Shown: one piece after another, positions 51,301-63,419 of the stretch
Layout of the letters: the number at the start of each line of letters is the position of its first letter
How positions within the stretch are numbered: the first letter of the stretch is position 1
NCBI GenBank assembly: GCA_013239625.1
Contig: MU053487.1
Location: forward strand, 3,059,058 to 3,123,057
Direction of reading: 5' to 3'
Length of the DNA: 64,000 bases
Origin: Lama guanicoe
Lineage: Eukaryota
Made by a program: the position numbers and the translations under genes
Notes under the pieces: generated by a model
Database searches by the model: none
Seen by the model: the letters and a program-made list of their open reading frames with translations, nothing else
Told to the model about the DNA's origin: nothing

Positions 51301-52385
51301 CAGGGGCTACTTGGGCAGTATTCCCAGAGCAGAAGGCAGGCAGGAGATGAGCTCCTAGTCCCTGGAGGGGAGGAGGACCAACTGAGGTTGATGCTGAAGT
51401 TGAGGTGAGGCTCAGTGGATGTTAGAGTAGCCATAATTGAGTGCCAGTTGTACACAAGGCCCTGGGCTGAGTTCCTGACACCCATAGGTTCATTGAATTC
51501 CCCCTCACCCCAACCACACAGCAGGTTAGTACCTGTTACTGTCCTGTTTTTATCTTAACAACTTGGTTTCAAGTCGCTTTTGTCACAAAGACGATTTTTA
51601 TTTTGAATCTGTCTTTTTATACCTGGTGGAAAGGTTTCTCTGCTCCATGGCTGTGCTTAAAAAAAAAGGCAATGACCATGAGGCCATAGAGAGTCTCCAA
51701 AGAGGGAAGGTGGAGGCGGACTAGGTAGGTGGTAAGGGAAACCAAGATCTGAAAAATGAGGAGACAGAAGGAGAAGTTGGTGCAAAGAGCTGGAGAGAGA
51801 GTGATCCAATCAGAGGGGATCCATGCAAAGGTTCTGACCACGTTCCAAGCCGGTGTGGCTCCAGTGACTTGAAATGGAGCTGAGAGGTGACAGGAAGTCA
51901 CCACTGCAGCCACACGGGATCGGGTGAGGCGTGTGGGCCTTATTCCAAGTGTAGCGGGAAGACTGTACAGGGAGGGACGTGGTTGGACAGGTGTTTTCTT
52001 GTGGCCGCTCTGACCGCTGGGAGGTGAATGAGTGGAAAGATGCCCTAGGGGAACTGGGCGGCGGGTGTTCCTCAGGAAGCTCACGTGGCCACCTCAGGCC
52101 AGAGAGGACAGAGGCCTGGACAAAGGCAGTGACAGTACAAACACGGACAGGCAGGCAGATTCAAGATATTTTCGGAGATGGAACTGACAAGAATCTCTGA
52201 TGGATTAGATATGAGAAGTGAGAGAAACGAAAGAATCCAGGGTGTCAGAGAAATAACCAGGATCTTGAAAGACCTGCAGTTATTTAAATCCCTTTTTAGA
52301 AAAGTCATGTGGATTTTACTGCAGGAGGTCAGGGCTTCTGGGCTCTTCCATGCACCCAGCCTTCATGGGGACACCTGCTTTCCAG

Positions 52386-52571
52386 TATGCAGACCCTGTG
52401 GCTGACCTGCTGGACCGCTGGGGTGTGTTCCGGGCCCGGCTCTTCAGAGAATCGTGTGTTTTCCATCGTGGGAACTACGTGAAAGACCTGAGTCGCCTGG
52501 GACGGGAGCTGAGCAAGGTGATCATTGTGGACAATTCTCCTGCCTCGTACATCTTCCATCCTGAGAATGCA
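52386..52571 (+). CDS. CTDSPL: CTDSPL coding exon 7 (186 nt)
   Basis: ctgctttccag|, GCA|gtaagt. Encodes [62 protein letters not shown]. Confidence 0.98.
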
Positions 52572-52681
52572 GTAAGTAGCCCCAAAGGTAAAGGACACAG
52601 GCTCCACCTGAGCTCTCCTGCCAAGCAGGACCACTTTTGTCCCTTCAAGCACCCACGTGGACTTTCTTGGCCCTTTCCTTG

Positions 52682-52870
52682 GTGAAATCCCAACTCTGCC
52701 CCTTAGCGATTACATGATGTTGACTAAGTTATTTAACCTTACTGAACCTCAGTTGCCTCCTCTGTCAAATGGGTATTATAGACGTACTGATCTAGAATTG
52801 TTGAGGATTCAGTGTGACGATGTGCCAAAAACACTTAGGAGGGTGCTTGTGATGGCTAAGTGTTCAGTGA
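52682..52870 (+). mobile_element. MIR SINE
   Basis: aagttatttaaccttactgaacctcagttgcctcctctgtcaaatggg core. Confidence 0.78.
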
Positions 52871-53387
52871 GCCTGTATCTTCTTAGCATCTTTAGAATTG
52901 TGACTGAGAAGGTTCTGTCTGTCACCAGCCTCCCAGACCTGACTGTGGCCCAGGACTTGTGACCCCTGCAAACTCAAAAGGTCTGGGTGATCTCTTCAAC
53001 AGAAGTATTCACAATGAATAAAACACTTCAGTGATGTCTTCAGATAAGACTGCTAGGCGTTACTGCCTCATAATGATGTCTTAAAAGTAGACAGTGGGAA
53101 CATTTCTTACATAAAACTCCCTGGAGTGTGGCAGCTCCTAGTGCACGACTCACAGCAGGAGAGGCGCCCTCCCTGCTCCCGCCCTGCATGTCCAGGGGAG
53201 GAGAGATCAGCCCCACCAGTGACCGCCGACCACTCCGCAGTGGCCACCACACCAGGCCTCAGCTCAGGCCCTGAAGAGTATGCTTCTCCCAAGCCCAGGC
53301 TTCTCAGACTCTGCAAAAGCCTACACGGGGTCCTTTCCTTGGCCAGAACTCTGTTGCTCCACTTATAACAAAAAAAGTGAGTTCAGT

Positions 53388-53514
53388 GGGGAGGGTACAG
53401 CTCAGCGGTAGACCACACGCTTAGCATGCGTGAGGTCCTGGGTTCAATCCCCAGTGCCTCCATTTAAAAAATAATACTTAAAATAAATAAATAAACCTGA
53501 TGACCTCCCCCCCA
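53388..53514 (+). mobile_element. Vic-1-like SINE in intron 7
   Basis: Full head and (AAAT)n tail; TSD acaaaaaaagtgagttca / acaaaaaaaatgagttca. Confidence 0.92.
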
Positions 53515-53689
53515 CAAAAAAAATGAGTTCAAACTAGATCCAATTAGTGTATGATCATTATTTGAACATTTAAAATTTATTCTACTTGACTGTGTTCCTT
53601 TTAATGAGTTCATCAGACTCAACGTGTGATGCATTTTGTAATGAGGATAACAGATAAGGAGAATTACTTGTTAGCATAATCATAATTTC

Positions 53690-55140
53690 AGTATCATGGC
53701 TGACGACACTCACGATTGCTTTATATTATCTAATATGTAGTCTGTGTTCATCCATTCCCCATCATCTGGAAGTGTTTTCTCACATTTGCATCAGAATCCA
53801 AACAAGGTCCCTACGTTGCGTGGTATTGTGAACTCACTGTGATATCACACCAGGAAGCATATAATCTCCCACTTCTAAAGATTTTAAATTGATCTGTGGA
53901 TTCAGATATTGTCAGCCTGCTCCATCCATTTTTAAATTCCCCGTCAACCTTTCACCTAAAAGCGTGAGCGCGCAGTGGTTGATGATCTTTGCCTACATAC
54001 ACTGTTTCTCTAGGAATTGCAAAATGGTGATTTCTAAATTCCATCGTTCTTTCTGCATTTTTTGGCTGGAATTCTATTTTTTTTAATCAAACTTGCTCTC
54101 TGTGACTCCTTGATTTCCCTAAAATTTAGTTTGAATGTTTGAATAGGGAAGTCAGAGTAAAGTGTAAGTTCTTTTTAATTCTGTAATTTTCAGAGTGATG
54201 AGTTGGTGACCTAGGAACCTCCAAAAGTAACCGGTGAATTTTTTTTATGTACCGTTAGGAACTCATGAATTTTTTAATGTTATAATTTAATCCATTTGTT
54301 ACCTTTATATAAGCTCTAATGTTCACCTCTGGCCAATGGACACTCCCTTCAAATAACATCAGTCTTTGATAGCTTCCTGCTTTCTGGTTTCAACAAGATG
54401 TTTCAGGCTCATCTTGTCCGTTTCTTGCTCCAGCCCTGGAATCAGCCATGGAGCCTGGTTCCTATGAGTGAACATGGTATTTAGAGACCACAGTCTGGGT
54501 GAGTTCTCACTGTTACTGGGATATCCTTTGTTTCCAGCCCTTTCTACCAGACAGAGCTAAAATACACTTATTTTTAGAATGAAAATGAAATCATAAATTC
54601 ATATTGATTTTTCTAATTCAGTTGGAAAAGTTTTTATTTAATTTCTTTGTTTTTGTTTTTGTGTTTGTATCTCCTCTTATGCTGAAACTCTTGATTCCTA
54701 AAGATATTAACCTCATTATATATTTGATTTATTCTATAGTATATGTATGCTTAAGTTTCAAAAAGCATTATTTTAATATTATTACTAAAAATAAAAACAG
54801 TTGAATGAATTTAGGGCTTTTTTGAGAAATCTACAAAGAGAACAAACACCATGTTTCCAAATCATTTGAAATCCTTTGTGTGATTATGTCACCAATCTTA
54901 TATACACAAGGGTTCACTTTTTGTTGCTTTGTTTTCTTAATGGTTTAATTTTATTCCCATCGTGTAACACATGTACATGGTTTCAACATCAAAACTATCA
55001 ACAAAGATAAATTTAGAGAAGTCTTGTGTCATTTCTGCCCTCTCCCCCTTTCCCGTCCCTTCCCCTAGGAGTAATCATTTTTTTGTTAATCCTTTGTTTA
55101 TTTTTTTAAATTACATAATGAATTGTTGTGATTCTAATCG
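53690..55140 (-). mobile_element. Old L1MC/MD-type 3' region
   Basis: atcagaatccaaacaaggtcc, caagatgtttcaggctcatcttg...cagccctggaatcagccat, tggtatttagagaccacagtctgg. Confidence 0.65.
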
Positions 55141-55592
55141 GTCTTTAGATTTGTAAAAGAGTCAAAAATACTACTTTTAAACATTTTTGGCTTCCCCAAA
55201 TGTCTTTTTATATCTCTTCTTTGTACCCCTGACTACCACCCACAAGCACCCCTCCCTCCCTCCCTCCCTCTCTGCCTAAAACCAAGGGAAAATCCTGCCT
55301 TTGCCCATGGCTTCAGAACATCCTGAAATTTTATACTTCCCCTTCTAACTGGTCACTGTTAAGCATGGGAGGAAAATGGTCCACTTCTTGCTCTGCAGCA
55401 TGGCATAGTCACCCCAGGTGGAAACCGTCTGGTGCCCTCCGCATGGGCTCCCTGATGTCAATGGCTGGCTGATGACCCCTGGCTCCAAGTGCTCTGAGGT
55501 GCGAGGAGCCAGTTTGATACAATGGAAAGAGCTTTTTGGAATTAGCAAGGTGCTGAGCTAGATATGTATTCTACATTCTGGCCACCTTTTCT

Positions 55593-55834
55593 TTCTTTCT
55601 TTCTTTTTTAATTGACGTGTAGTGGATTTATAATGTGTTAATTTCTGGTGTACAGCACAGTGATTCATTTATTTTTTTATATATAATATATATATATATA
55701 TATTAATATACACACACACAGGATATATTCCTTTTCATACTCTTTTTCATTGTAGGCCATTACAAGGCATTGAATATAGTTCCCTTCCCTCTATAGTAAG
55801 ACTGTGTTGTTTATTTATTTTATATGTAGTAGTA
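55593..55834 (-). mobile_element. Short young L1 3' terminal insertion with 16-bp TSD
   Basis: TSD tctggccaccttttct (55577-55592) / tctggctaccttttct (55835-55850); same family as 22868-23410. Confidence 0.9.
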
Positions 55835-56115
55835 TCTGGCTACCTTTTCTGCAGCAGGAAAACAAAACAGGCAAATGCACGCAAACTGGGTACGCTTAAG
55901 TTTGCCTTCCTGAACCACGTCCCAAACCAGGTAGATTTGGATTGATTTTAGTTGGGGTGGAAGAACAAACGAGATGAGGATGATGATGACGGTGATTTCC
56001 AGATACCCATCCTCTTAACCAAAGAAAATATTAAAAGTATGGGAACGCAGTCAGGCTAGATGCAGCCCCCAGCCCTGGATGCAGTTCTGCTGCCCCTCCA
56101 CACACTGTCTTCCAG

Positions 56116-56241
56116 GTGCCTGTGCAGTCCTGGTTCGATGACATGACAGACACGGAGCTGCTGGACCTCATCCCCTTCTTCGAGGGCCTGAGCCAGGAGG
56201 ACGACGTGTACAGCGTGCTGCACAGACTCTGCAGCAGGTAG
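56116..56241 (+). CDS. CTDSPL: CTDSPL last coding exon 8 (126 nt including TAG)
   Basis: gtcttccag|. Encodes [41 protein letters not shown]; stop TAG at 56239-56241. Confidence 0.98.
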   Translation: MPVQSWFDDMTDTELLDLIPFFEGLSQEDDVYSVLHRLCSR

Positions 56242-59200
56242 CCCCGGCCCTGGCCGCCTCCCGCCCGTGCGCTCTGGAACCTCAGCCTCGAGACCTGCCT
56301 GGCCTCGGCTCCCCGGGAGCCGAAAGTGAGGACACCCCGTGCTCCAGGCCACGGGGTGAATGTGGCCATACCTACCTGGTTTATTTTTTAAGAACAGAGA
56401 CAACTATTTTAAAAGGAACTCTTTTAATGAATTTCATAAAGGGACATGCATTTTATGGGATTTGCTTTTCTTAAAACATACCAAAAAGGAAAAAAAAAAT
56501 GGGGGAAAAAAAAAAGCTTGATACCTATCAGACTTCCTTTCAACAGTCCTCCCCTCCAAGCAGACAACCTGCCCCCTTCTGTCCCAGCTCGGAGGAGCTG
56601 ACCCAACTCAGAATCTCTTTCCTACAGGATGAAGTGCCTTTTTGAATGTTATTTTAAGCTGAAAGTTAATTTTTCTACACAACATATTTCCAGACATCTT
56701 TTAGTCTTTTATTGTCTTAGATTCTCTAAGAAGATAAATATGACAATTTTCTAAAACCTGGGAGGGGGTAGGGGGGGTGGCAGGGGATGGGGTCAGTCAC
56801 AGGAGCCTGTCTCTGGCCACCTATGGCACGTGGCAGGGTCAGGCTCCTGGGAGGAGTCTTGTGACTTGTCAGTGTGTGCTTCAGTTTGGAATGTATCTGC
56901 AATTGTGTGGCTCAACACTTGAGGAAACACTTGATTCTTTTATATGATCCTTATTATTTCTGGTGGTGACAGATTTGTCCTGAGGTGACATTTTTCCCCT
57001 TGAGAAGTGACATCCTGTCACTTATGCTTTCACACTACTGCCATATTTCTGTATGTTTTTGTTTGTTTGTTTTGTTGTTGTTTGGGGGTAGAGCAGTTAC
57101 ACGAAACTCTAAAACCCTTGGATAGTTTTAAAAAAAAATTTGTTTATTGATTTTTAAATCTTTCCTTTCCAAAAGCTGGATACACACGGAGCTGTTTGGG
57201 AATTTTCTTTGCTGCTACCGCGCTGCCACCAAATGGAATTGACCAGCGGCTGTTACACTGTTCTTTGCCACTGTGCCTATGCTCAGAATCTGCTCACTGC
57301 TAAGCTGCAGACCTGGCCAGGGTCAGACACGTAGGGGTCCCACCCCGTTGCAGACTGCAGACTGTATCCCTTCCCTGGCAGCAGCCTCGGGAGTTCAGAA
57401 GGGAGCAAAGACAGAAGGGCCAGTGCACCTCACAGGTGCAGCGTACATTTTAAACTGCAGTCAGCATCAGATCTCGTGATAAGCCGGCCATTCTCTCTTG
57501 GCCTCAACCAGCCACCACGCTGACGAGGCCTACTTCCATCTCTTGGTCTTCTTTTTTGAAGCACAGCCTGTTTCTGAGCCGAGGGTTGGGGAAACGCGTC
57601 TAGACGTGGGACTCAGCGCCCAGAACCAGGGAGACAAAGGGCCCCCTCCCTGAGCCGGGGCTTCCTTTGCAGCCTTTTCCAGGGAGATGTTTTAAGCAGT
57701 GCCATGTCCCTTGTTTGACAATAAGACAGTCTATAAAGTATTGCTCTTAAAAATAATTTCAAAAGAACCCTTTCGCGTTGGCACCATTGCCTTAGTCCTC
57801 TGTGGGTCAGGCCGGAGTTCTGGTGGGAGCGTCTGGCACTAATAAGACTGGAAACTGGGGGTCAAAGTAAAATTTCTCTTTTGCTTTCATTCACCAAATA
57901 GTGAAGCCAGCTGCCAATCACATCTTCCCAAAAGCACTTTGGTCCGCGGACCGCCGTGCATTCAGAAAAGAAGTAAGTATTCAGGGGTAACCAGGTCTCC
58001 CCACGTTCAGAGTGTTCCAAACCCAGTAATCCACATGCCAGTTAAAATAGAAACAGCCCCTCACTTGGCATTACTGCAGAAAATGACAGTTACGCGGCAG
58101 GCCTGCATATGCCATAAACCTTGATTTGGAAAACTAGTCATTAAATGAACCCACTGCCTTAAATGTCTTGAATGTCGCCGTCACGTGTCTGTCGTGTGTT
58201 GAAATCCACACGGAAATCAGTCCTGATGAGCGCCTTAGACCCTCACCCCTGCCCCCTTTATTGCTGGCATCCCAGGGTCCTATTTGAAATAAGGGGCAGA
58301 GAGGACTGAAATTCTAGAATGTTCCAGGAGAATTGAACCTGCGAATAGTGCCCCACTTCTGATGGAGTGAAGACGCTTGGCAGGCTTGAGCCAGACACTT
58401 CACCTCGTAGCCCCTGTGACCGTGAGCACCGTAGCTCTGAGCCAGTGCAGAGCTGTTGGAGAGGGAGCCCGGTTCCTGCCACCGCAGACACAGAATGTCT
58501 CAGGAGGGCAGCAAGCCCTCGGAGGGTTCTGGGTTCTGTGCACCTTATTTGACCACACTCTAAAATTCCGTTTCTTATTTTAACCCTTGATTCTGCTTTC
58601 TGTACATAATCAAAATATCTATATCGATATATATATATATTTTTAAATCATTGACATGTAAATGAAGCAATAGAATTCTAACCTAAGGCCAAGAAATGAG
58701 ATGAATGTTTGGGGTTTATGTTTTTTAAGGTAAATACGGGTATTGTTTTTAATTATTACCTTTTATTAAATTGTGGGCTTTAAAATGTTATGAAACTTAT
58801 CAGCTATTCCTCTGTGCCATATTCTTCCCATGTTACCAAAACACCCCCCAACTCTTTAGCCAAATGAGGAATCTGACCTCCTGAGTTTCCATGGTCCTTT
58901 CTGTACCAGGTTAAAATAGAGTCTCCCAGACAAATATTTTTTACATTAAGATCTGGAACAGGATACCATGGGTCGTGGACTCTGGCCCCTGTGATGTTAG
59001 GACATCTCTGGCCGGGCCTTGGGTAGAGGTGCCCAGGCACACTTGACGTTGTTACTGCTCTGTCTTCCATTGCTCTGGAATCCTACACGTTGGTCCGTGG
59101 TTTTACCCATTAGCTGTCTGTAGACAACACATCTGTGTACTAAAAAGAAACCACCTGTCAGAGCTGATGGTTGGTGGAGAAGCTCCTTTGACATGGTGCA

Positions 59201-59785
59201 ATTTCGATGAAATGACTTTGGAGACATGAGGACGCCCTAATGACACTGACTTGTCATGGTGGCAGCATTGGAACTTTTGGTATAAAAAGGAAATCTGTTA
59301 AGTCGATAACCTGGCAACCTTTTCCAACCGTGTATATTAAAGATGGCTTTCTAATTAGATCCAGAACCACACAGCCCTATGGTCACTCGTGACGTTTGTG
59401 CCTCTGCTGTCAAAGGTGCTGTGATGGACAGTTGGCATGCCAGGGTTCAAGAGGAGTGGGTGGTTTGGAATGCTTGCATTTACTCGTGCACAATCCGCTG
59501 GCTGCCTCTGTTCCTCTTTTACTGTAAATTTGATGTTCCTGTTCCATTCTCCAGGGAGCTTCTCTGTAGACTAACACACACACACATACCCCTTCCAAGT
59601 GGTGGGGATGCTGGTGTCTGGGTAGTCATGGATTTCTGTTGGACATCTGAATGTGATAAACATCCAGCATCACTTGGGAAATATGACATGTGGAATGTGC
59701 ACGTTTCCAGGAGCGAGCATTGTCAGTCAAGAGGTTTGCAATGATTTCCTTCCTGCCAAAAATAAACACATGAAACTGCGCTCTC
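56242..59785 (+). other. CTDSPL: CTDSPL 3' UTR (~3.5 kb)
   Basis: Follows the stop codon, lacks obvious transposons, has AU-rich blocks and many miRNA seed matches. End inferred from AATAAA at 59761. Confidence 0.8.
59761..59766 (+). terminator. Distal polyadenylation signal AATAAA
   Basis: Canonical hexamer followed ~20 nt later by CT/GT-rich ctctcttgtgg. Position fits a ~3.5 kb UTR. Confidence 0.75.
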
Positions 59786-61344
59786 TTGTGGATGGACTGC
59801 TTCTTGGCATCTCTCCTCACTGCATGCTCTGTTCTTTCCCAGCTGCACAGCCTCACGCCGGCACTTTGTGTCTCCCAGTGCCCCAGCTTCTGGAGAGCAG
59901 GGGCGAATGGGAGCGGGACTGCAGGATCTCTGGAGCCACGGACCTTGACCCCAAGGGGAGCTGGGAAACTGCTCTGCCCAGTGTTAGGACCCTGGCTTCT
60001 TCTCCCCAGACAGAAGCAGTCTGACTCACCATCAAGGATTCCAGCCCCACCAACAGGCTTCCAAGTGCAGCCTGAGGAAACCGTAAGCCCCAGCCCCCAG
60101 CCCCATCAGAGCCACACTGTGTGTGCCACCTAAACCCTAGCCCTTGGGTCTGCTGGCTGAGATGCTGTGGTTACCACATGAAGCATGGCAAGGGACCAGA
60201 AGGAGAGGAAGGCTATCCAAGACAGTCTTCTCACAGTGGGACATCCACAAATATTGCCCTCAGCCCAGCCTCTGTAAGGGAAAGTGATAGGGACCAGAAG
60301 TCCTCCCTTCACCTGCCCCACTCCCCCCGTCTTCCCCACTAGGAAGTCCTGGCAGAGCCTTGGCCACAGTCTTGTCACTCTAAGGACTGTTTCTTCATAA
60401 TAATACCTAATTCAGATAACAAAAAACACCAGGGTCAACAGTCCTATCCAACGGGTCTTAGCCCCACTTTGTGGATGACAAAACTGAGGCCAGTGAGCCA
60501 GTGCTCTGCAGTCTCTTCTGTCTGTCACAGGGATACAGGGTTCTGCCAGGCATGTGTATTCATCCCAAAGAACACAGGGCAGTGTGTGTTTCAGCCCAGG
60601 AAACTTCATACTTACTCAGAGACAAAACCCAAACCTCCCACATTACTCTGTGCTATGCCCCTAAATGCCTTCTCCACGATAGAGCAGCTGGTCAGCCAGA
60701 GAGGTCACTTCGGCATCCTGCCTGGTTCAGGATTCCTAGGCTGTGTTCCTCTCTGTCCCTCCTCCTCTCCTTCGCTCTGCTCCCCAGTCCCCTCTTTCCC
60801 TCCCCTGCCTTCTCTCGAATCGCCCCCTGCCACCTCTGGATCACTTCACAGGTTTGTGTATAAGCAAACAAGTGGTTGAGAATCGAAGGTGCCCCTGAAG
60901 CTGGGGTGTCCTGGTGAGTGTCCACAGGTCCTCTGAATAGGTGGGAAGGGAACAGGCCATCAAGAGTTCGCTTATATGGGACTTGGGCATACGGAGATTT
61001 CACCTCATGAGGGTTTCTTTGAGCATTCAGGACCTGGGCAGGAAGCTGGGGGTGGGAGGGTGGCAGGAAAGCCTGCCTGGGAAGACAAACCATTAGTCGA
61101 GCTTATGGATAAGGGCTGCATCAGGGCCTGGTGGCACTGTGCGCATACCTGGGGTGCTTGCGTGACACACGTCTCCTGTCCCAGGGCTGCCCGTGGATCA
61201 AAGCTGCCAGAGCCACCAACTGGCAAGGCCACCAGCCTGATCTCTGAGGAAAACACACTGGACCCTCGGGTCCTCAGGAGGAGGAAATGCGAGCTCTAGG
61301 TTGTCCACACGCTCCGTTACAGCACCATCTCCTAGCTCAGAGAT

Positions 61345-61501
61345 TCTGGGTGCTGGCTGTCCGTTAGAATCACCTGAGGGCTCTTACAAATACAGATCAA
61401 GTCCACCCCAGACCATTTAAACCCGAGACTCTGAGGGTGGGCATCATGTTTTTAAGTGCCCCCAGATGACTCAAAGGTGCAACCAGGGCTGAGAACCCCT
61501 G
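61345..61501. mobile_element. MER5-like hAT-Charlie element
   Basis: ttagaatcacctgaggg...tttttaagtgcccccagatgactc...gggctgagaacccctg. Confidence 0.75.
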
Positions 61502-63419
61502 CTCTAACTGTGGAGGAAAGGAAAGTCCCCCCCAAGACTGTTCCAGGCCTGACACTGAGATACAGCAGAGAGACTCTGGGCAAGGCTTAGGGGAAATGAC
61601 ATGCATTGCTTCACCTGAAAGATCAGACATGTGTGCACTGCAAAAAATTCAGAAAACCCATAAAAGTACAGCGAAATCCCACACGGACTCTGGGAGATTT
61701 TTCTAAGGCGGGAGTGAGGAGGAGGTCCCAATAAGAGCCCCAGCTGGCTGACAGCTCCCTGCTTCTAGGCTGAGGTGGGGAGCAGGGTAGCTACCCCCAC
61801 CTCACATTGGAGCACTGGATCACATTGGCTGCCAGGAATAGAACCGATTCTTGCAACCCCACCCCATCTCCCCACCAAGTGAATAACAGCTACTGGCTTG
61901 GTGTCCCGGCATTGGGGGTACCATCTTGGCCCCAGGTATGTCTGGATGGGGTGGGTGCACAGGCTGGGCAGGGCCACACAAGGCAATGGTACCTTCTCGT
62001 TCGCAGGGAGCTAGAGCTGTTCTTTGGGCCATCCTCGGGTTTAGGCACTCCAGGCGGTCCCACGGGCACAGTAACTGCCCAGTCTCCACCTCCTCCAGCC
62101 CTGGCAGTTCCCAGGGTGCCCTCAGGGAAGTCGCTCTTGGGCCATGAGGCCCTGGTGACTGTCACTGCCCCTCCGCGGCCTGCAGCCAAGGGTAGGGGTG
62201 ACCCAGAGGAGCCCAAGGCTGCTCTCCTCCAGGGCGTGAGAGGTTGTTTCCAGGCAGTGGGATCCAGGAGGCGAGTCAGGCAGGCCTGTCCCAGCCCCAC
62301 CCCCACCCCAGTCTGCGCTCCAGAGGGCTCACCCCCTGAGGGACCCGGTCCCCAGGAAAGCACCTGTCTGAGGGGGACTTGGATAAGACCTGGGACACCG
62401 GGACACTGCCGTGGGAACTGGAGCTCAGGGAACCTGGGGGCGGGGTCTGGGCATGGCTGGCAGCTAGCACCAGCCCCACCCACTCGGGGCTCACCGACGC
62501 CCCTTTGTCAATACTGATGCTGGACCTTCAGAGATAAGCCGGAGGAGGGGAGAAAGGAAACAGTAGTGCTGCCCCCACCCCCACCCCCGAGAGAGTCCTT
62601 GGAACCTGCTAGGCAAGGTCGGGGCAGGCTGCGGGGGCCTGGGGCGGGAAGAGGTCAGTGGGACCGGGGCAGAGAGGAGGAGGGTCATGGCCAGGGCAGC
62701 GCTGGTCAAAGTAAGCCAGGCTCTGCCCTTCTGACTCCAGGCCCAGATCCGTAGGAGTGTGGCCCAGCAGAGGGAGAAAGTGGCAGAGCCCCTTCTTGCA
62801 CTGGGGAGGAGGAAGGGAGAGGCCAGGCACCCCCTTGTCCTTGTAGCATTCTGGCTGCCTGTGAGCACCACCCTGTGCCCCAGTTTCCTCTCTCTGTGCC
62901 AAGAAGGGTATGATCCCACGGGCTGGAGCTTGTCCACACCAGGCACCAAGTGGTGCTGCTCATGTAGGCCTCAGGCCAGGCCCTGGACCCACTGCCATTT
63001 CTCTAGGGTCTGGGGTCACGGGTTACAGGGTGGGACCGTTCTGGAGTAGGGCAGTTATTCCCACCTAAGTTCTTCTGGGTCCCAGGGACCCAGAGAATCC
63101 TGAGGGGAGGGGACTTGGAGAAGTCCTTTTGCAGTGCCCCCCACTAAGCTGCCGAGGCTGCATGCAGCCAGGTGGTGTGTCCTGCTTACAGCGGGGGTGG
63201 AGGGATGTGGCCTCCCCTGCCTTCTTGGAGGAGGAAATGTCAGCTCAGAAAACACCCAAGGAACATCCCCGAAGTCACTCAGCCAGCAGGTGCTTCAGGT
63301 GGCATTAGAGCCTGACTTTGGCGAGGACTCAGTGCCAGGCTGGCTTCAGGACAGAGCCCAGCAAAGGGTCCAAACACACCCCCTCAACCTGGATCAGGCA
63401 CAGGCCACAGAAGCATGTC

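Noticed and set aside
56482..56516. A-rich runs as a proximal poly(A) end
   Set aside because: Genomic A-tracts with no AATAAA/ATTAAA just upstream; a likely internal-priming artefact source.
61807..62517. Longest ORF (236 aa) and overlapping antisense ORFs
   Set aside because: TTG start, Pro/Gly/Ala-rich low-information translation in GC-rich DNA, open on both strands, no recognisable domain.
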